DNA of 64,000 nt, taken from assembly GCA_964524715.1 (NCBI GenBank), contig CAZGGF010000362.1, positions 9,968 through 73,967 of the forward strand. The letters are read 5' to 3'. Position 1 is the first letter of the stretch. Every line of letters starts with the position of its first letter. Source of the stretch: an uncultured Verrucomicrobiota bacterium (GTDB lineage Bacteria > Verrucomicrobiota > Verrucomicrobiia > CAIQCK01). This document shows positions 63,442 through 64,000 of this stretch, one piece after another. The notes below the pieces were generated by a model. That model ran no database searches. It saw only the letters and a program-made list of their open reading frames with translations, and was not told the DNA's origin. The translations under genes were made by a program, and so were the position numbers.

Positions 63442-64000
63442 TCATGGTTTCGATCCCGGCTTGGGCGCCGATTCCTTCCCATCGAATCCAACGATGTTGT
63501 TGTCGATGAGCTTGAACTGGCCGCTGACAACGATGGCTTTCGTCGCGTTAGTGGCGCCGCCGCGCTCGACGAGGTTGTTGCGAAACAACGATGTGTCGCT
63601 GCCGTGGCCATTGAACGCGACAGGCTGGCCGCAGCCGATGATGGTGTTGTCGTGCAGGTTCCAGTTGGCGGAGGGCGCGAAGACTTCGAAGCGGTCAGCG
63701 ACCTTCATCGCGCGCGGCTGCCTGAGTTTGAAGTGGAACGTCTCCGGGTCGAAGGACTCGATGATGGAGAAGCCGTCGGGTTTCGTGCCGCGGAACCACG
63801 CGAGATTGAAGCCGCGATAACGGTGCGACAACCGCCGCTCCATCGGGATGATGCCGCGGCCCGCCTTGAAGGTCGTTGGATCCACGACTTCGCCGACCAG
63901 CGCGTAGGCGGCGTCGCTGAGGACGCCGGTGCCGCAGTTGCGCAGGAGGTTGTCGTGGACGATGAGGTTGATGGCCGGCTCGGTCAGGCGGATCGCGGTG
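63442..64000 (-). CDS. secreted right-handed beta-helix protein, paralog 4 (C-terminal part; continues beyond window)
   Basis: The frame stays open to the window edge. The C-terminus FEVFAPSANWNLHDNTIIGCGQPVAFNGHGSDTSLFRNNLVERGGATNATKAIVVSGQFKLIDNNIVGFD and the DNA at 63890-64000 align closely with paralog 1 (45300-45420). Confidence 0.75.
   Translation of the reverse strand, partial: TAIRLTEPAINLIVHDNLLRNCGTGVLSDAAYALVGEVVDPTTFKAGRGIIPMERRLSHRYRGFNLAWFRGTKPDGFSIIESFDPETFHFKLRQPRAMKVADRFEVFAPSANWNLHDNTIIGCGQPVAFNGHGSDTSLFRNNLVERGGATNATKAIVVSGQFKLIDNNIVGFDGKESAPKPGSKP

Overview
GC-rich bacterial chromosomal window. The gene content suggests Verrucomicrobiota/Planctomycetota, though this is inference only. 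It includes a DUF1559 H-X9-DG prepilin-like protein, DUF1080 domains, a Ser/Thr kinase with a DUF1080 ectodomain, many Tat-signal Gfo/Idh/MocA and xylose-isomerase-like TIM proteins, and beta-helix and CBM hydrolases. Region 1-24.5 kb is mostly housekeeping (kbl, tdh, aroB, dprA-topA-xerC, gmhA, cell-wall amidase). It is interrupted at 5.15-8.0 kb by a repeat-bounded two-cassette array fused to a duplicated promoter/5' end of an orphan hydrogenase-maturation-protease gene. Region 24.5-33.5 kb holds a DUF1080 gene and a plus-strand hydrolase/esterase cluster with a 1471-aa unknown protein. Region 33.5-38 kb holds a bfr-DUF2892-cstA operon and a ModA-like lipoprotein with two small membrane proteins. 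Region 38-64 kb is a large, mostly minus-strand glycan-processing locus. It has eight Tat-signal cofactor-type enzymes and four paralogous ~720-aa beta-helix proteins interleaved with CBM-hydrolases. I recognised no rRNA, tRNA, CRISPR array or transposase. Many long ORFs in the track are antisense shadow ORFs typical of high-GC DNA. All family calls come from motif recall by eye and no searches were run.
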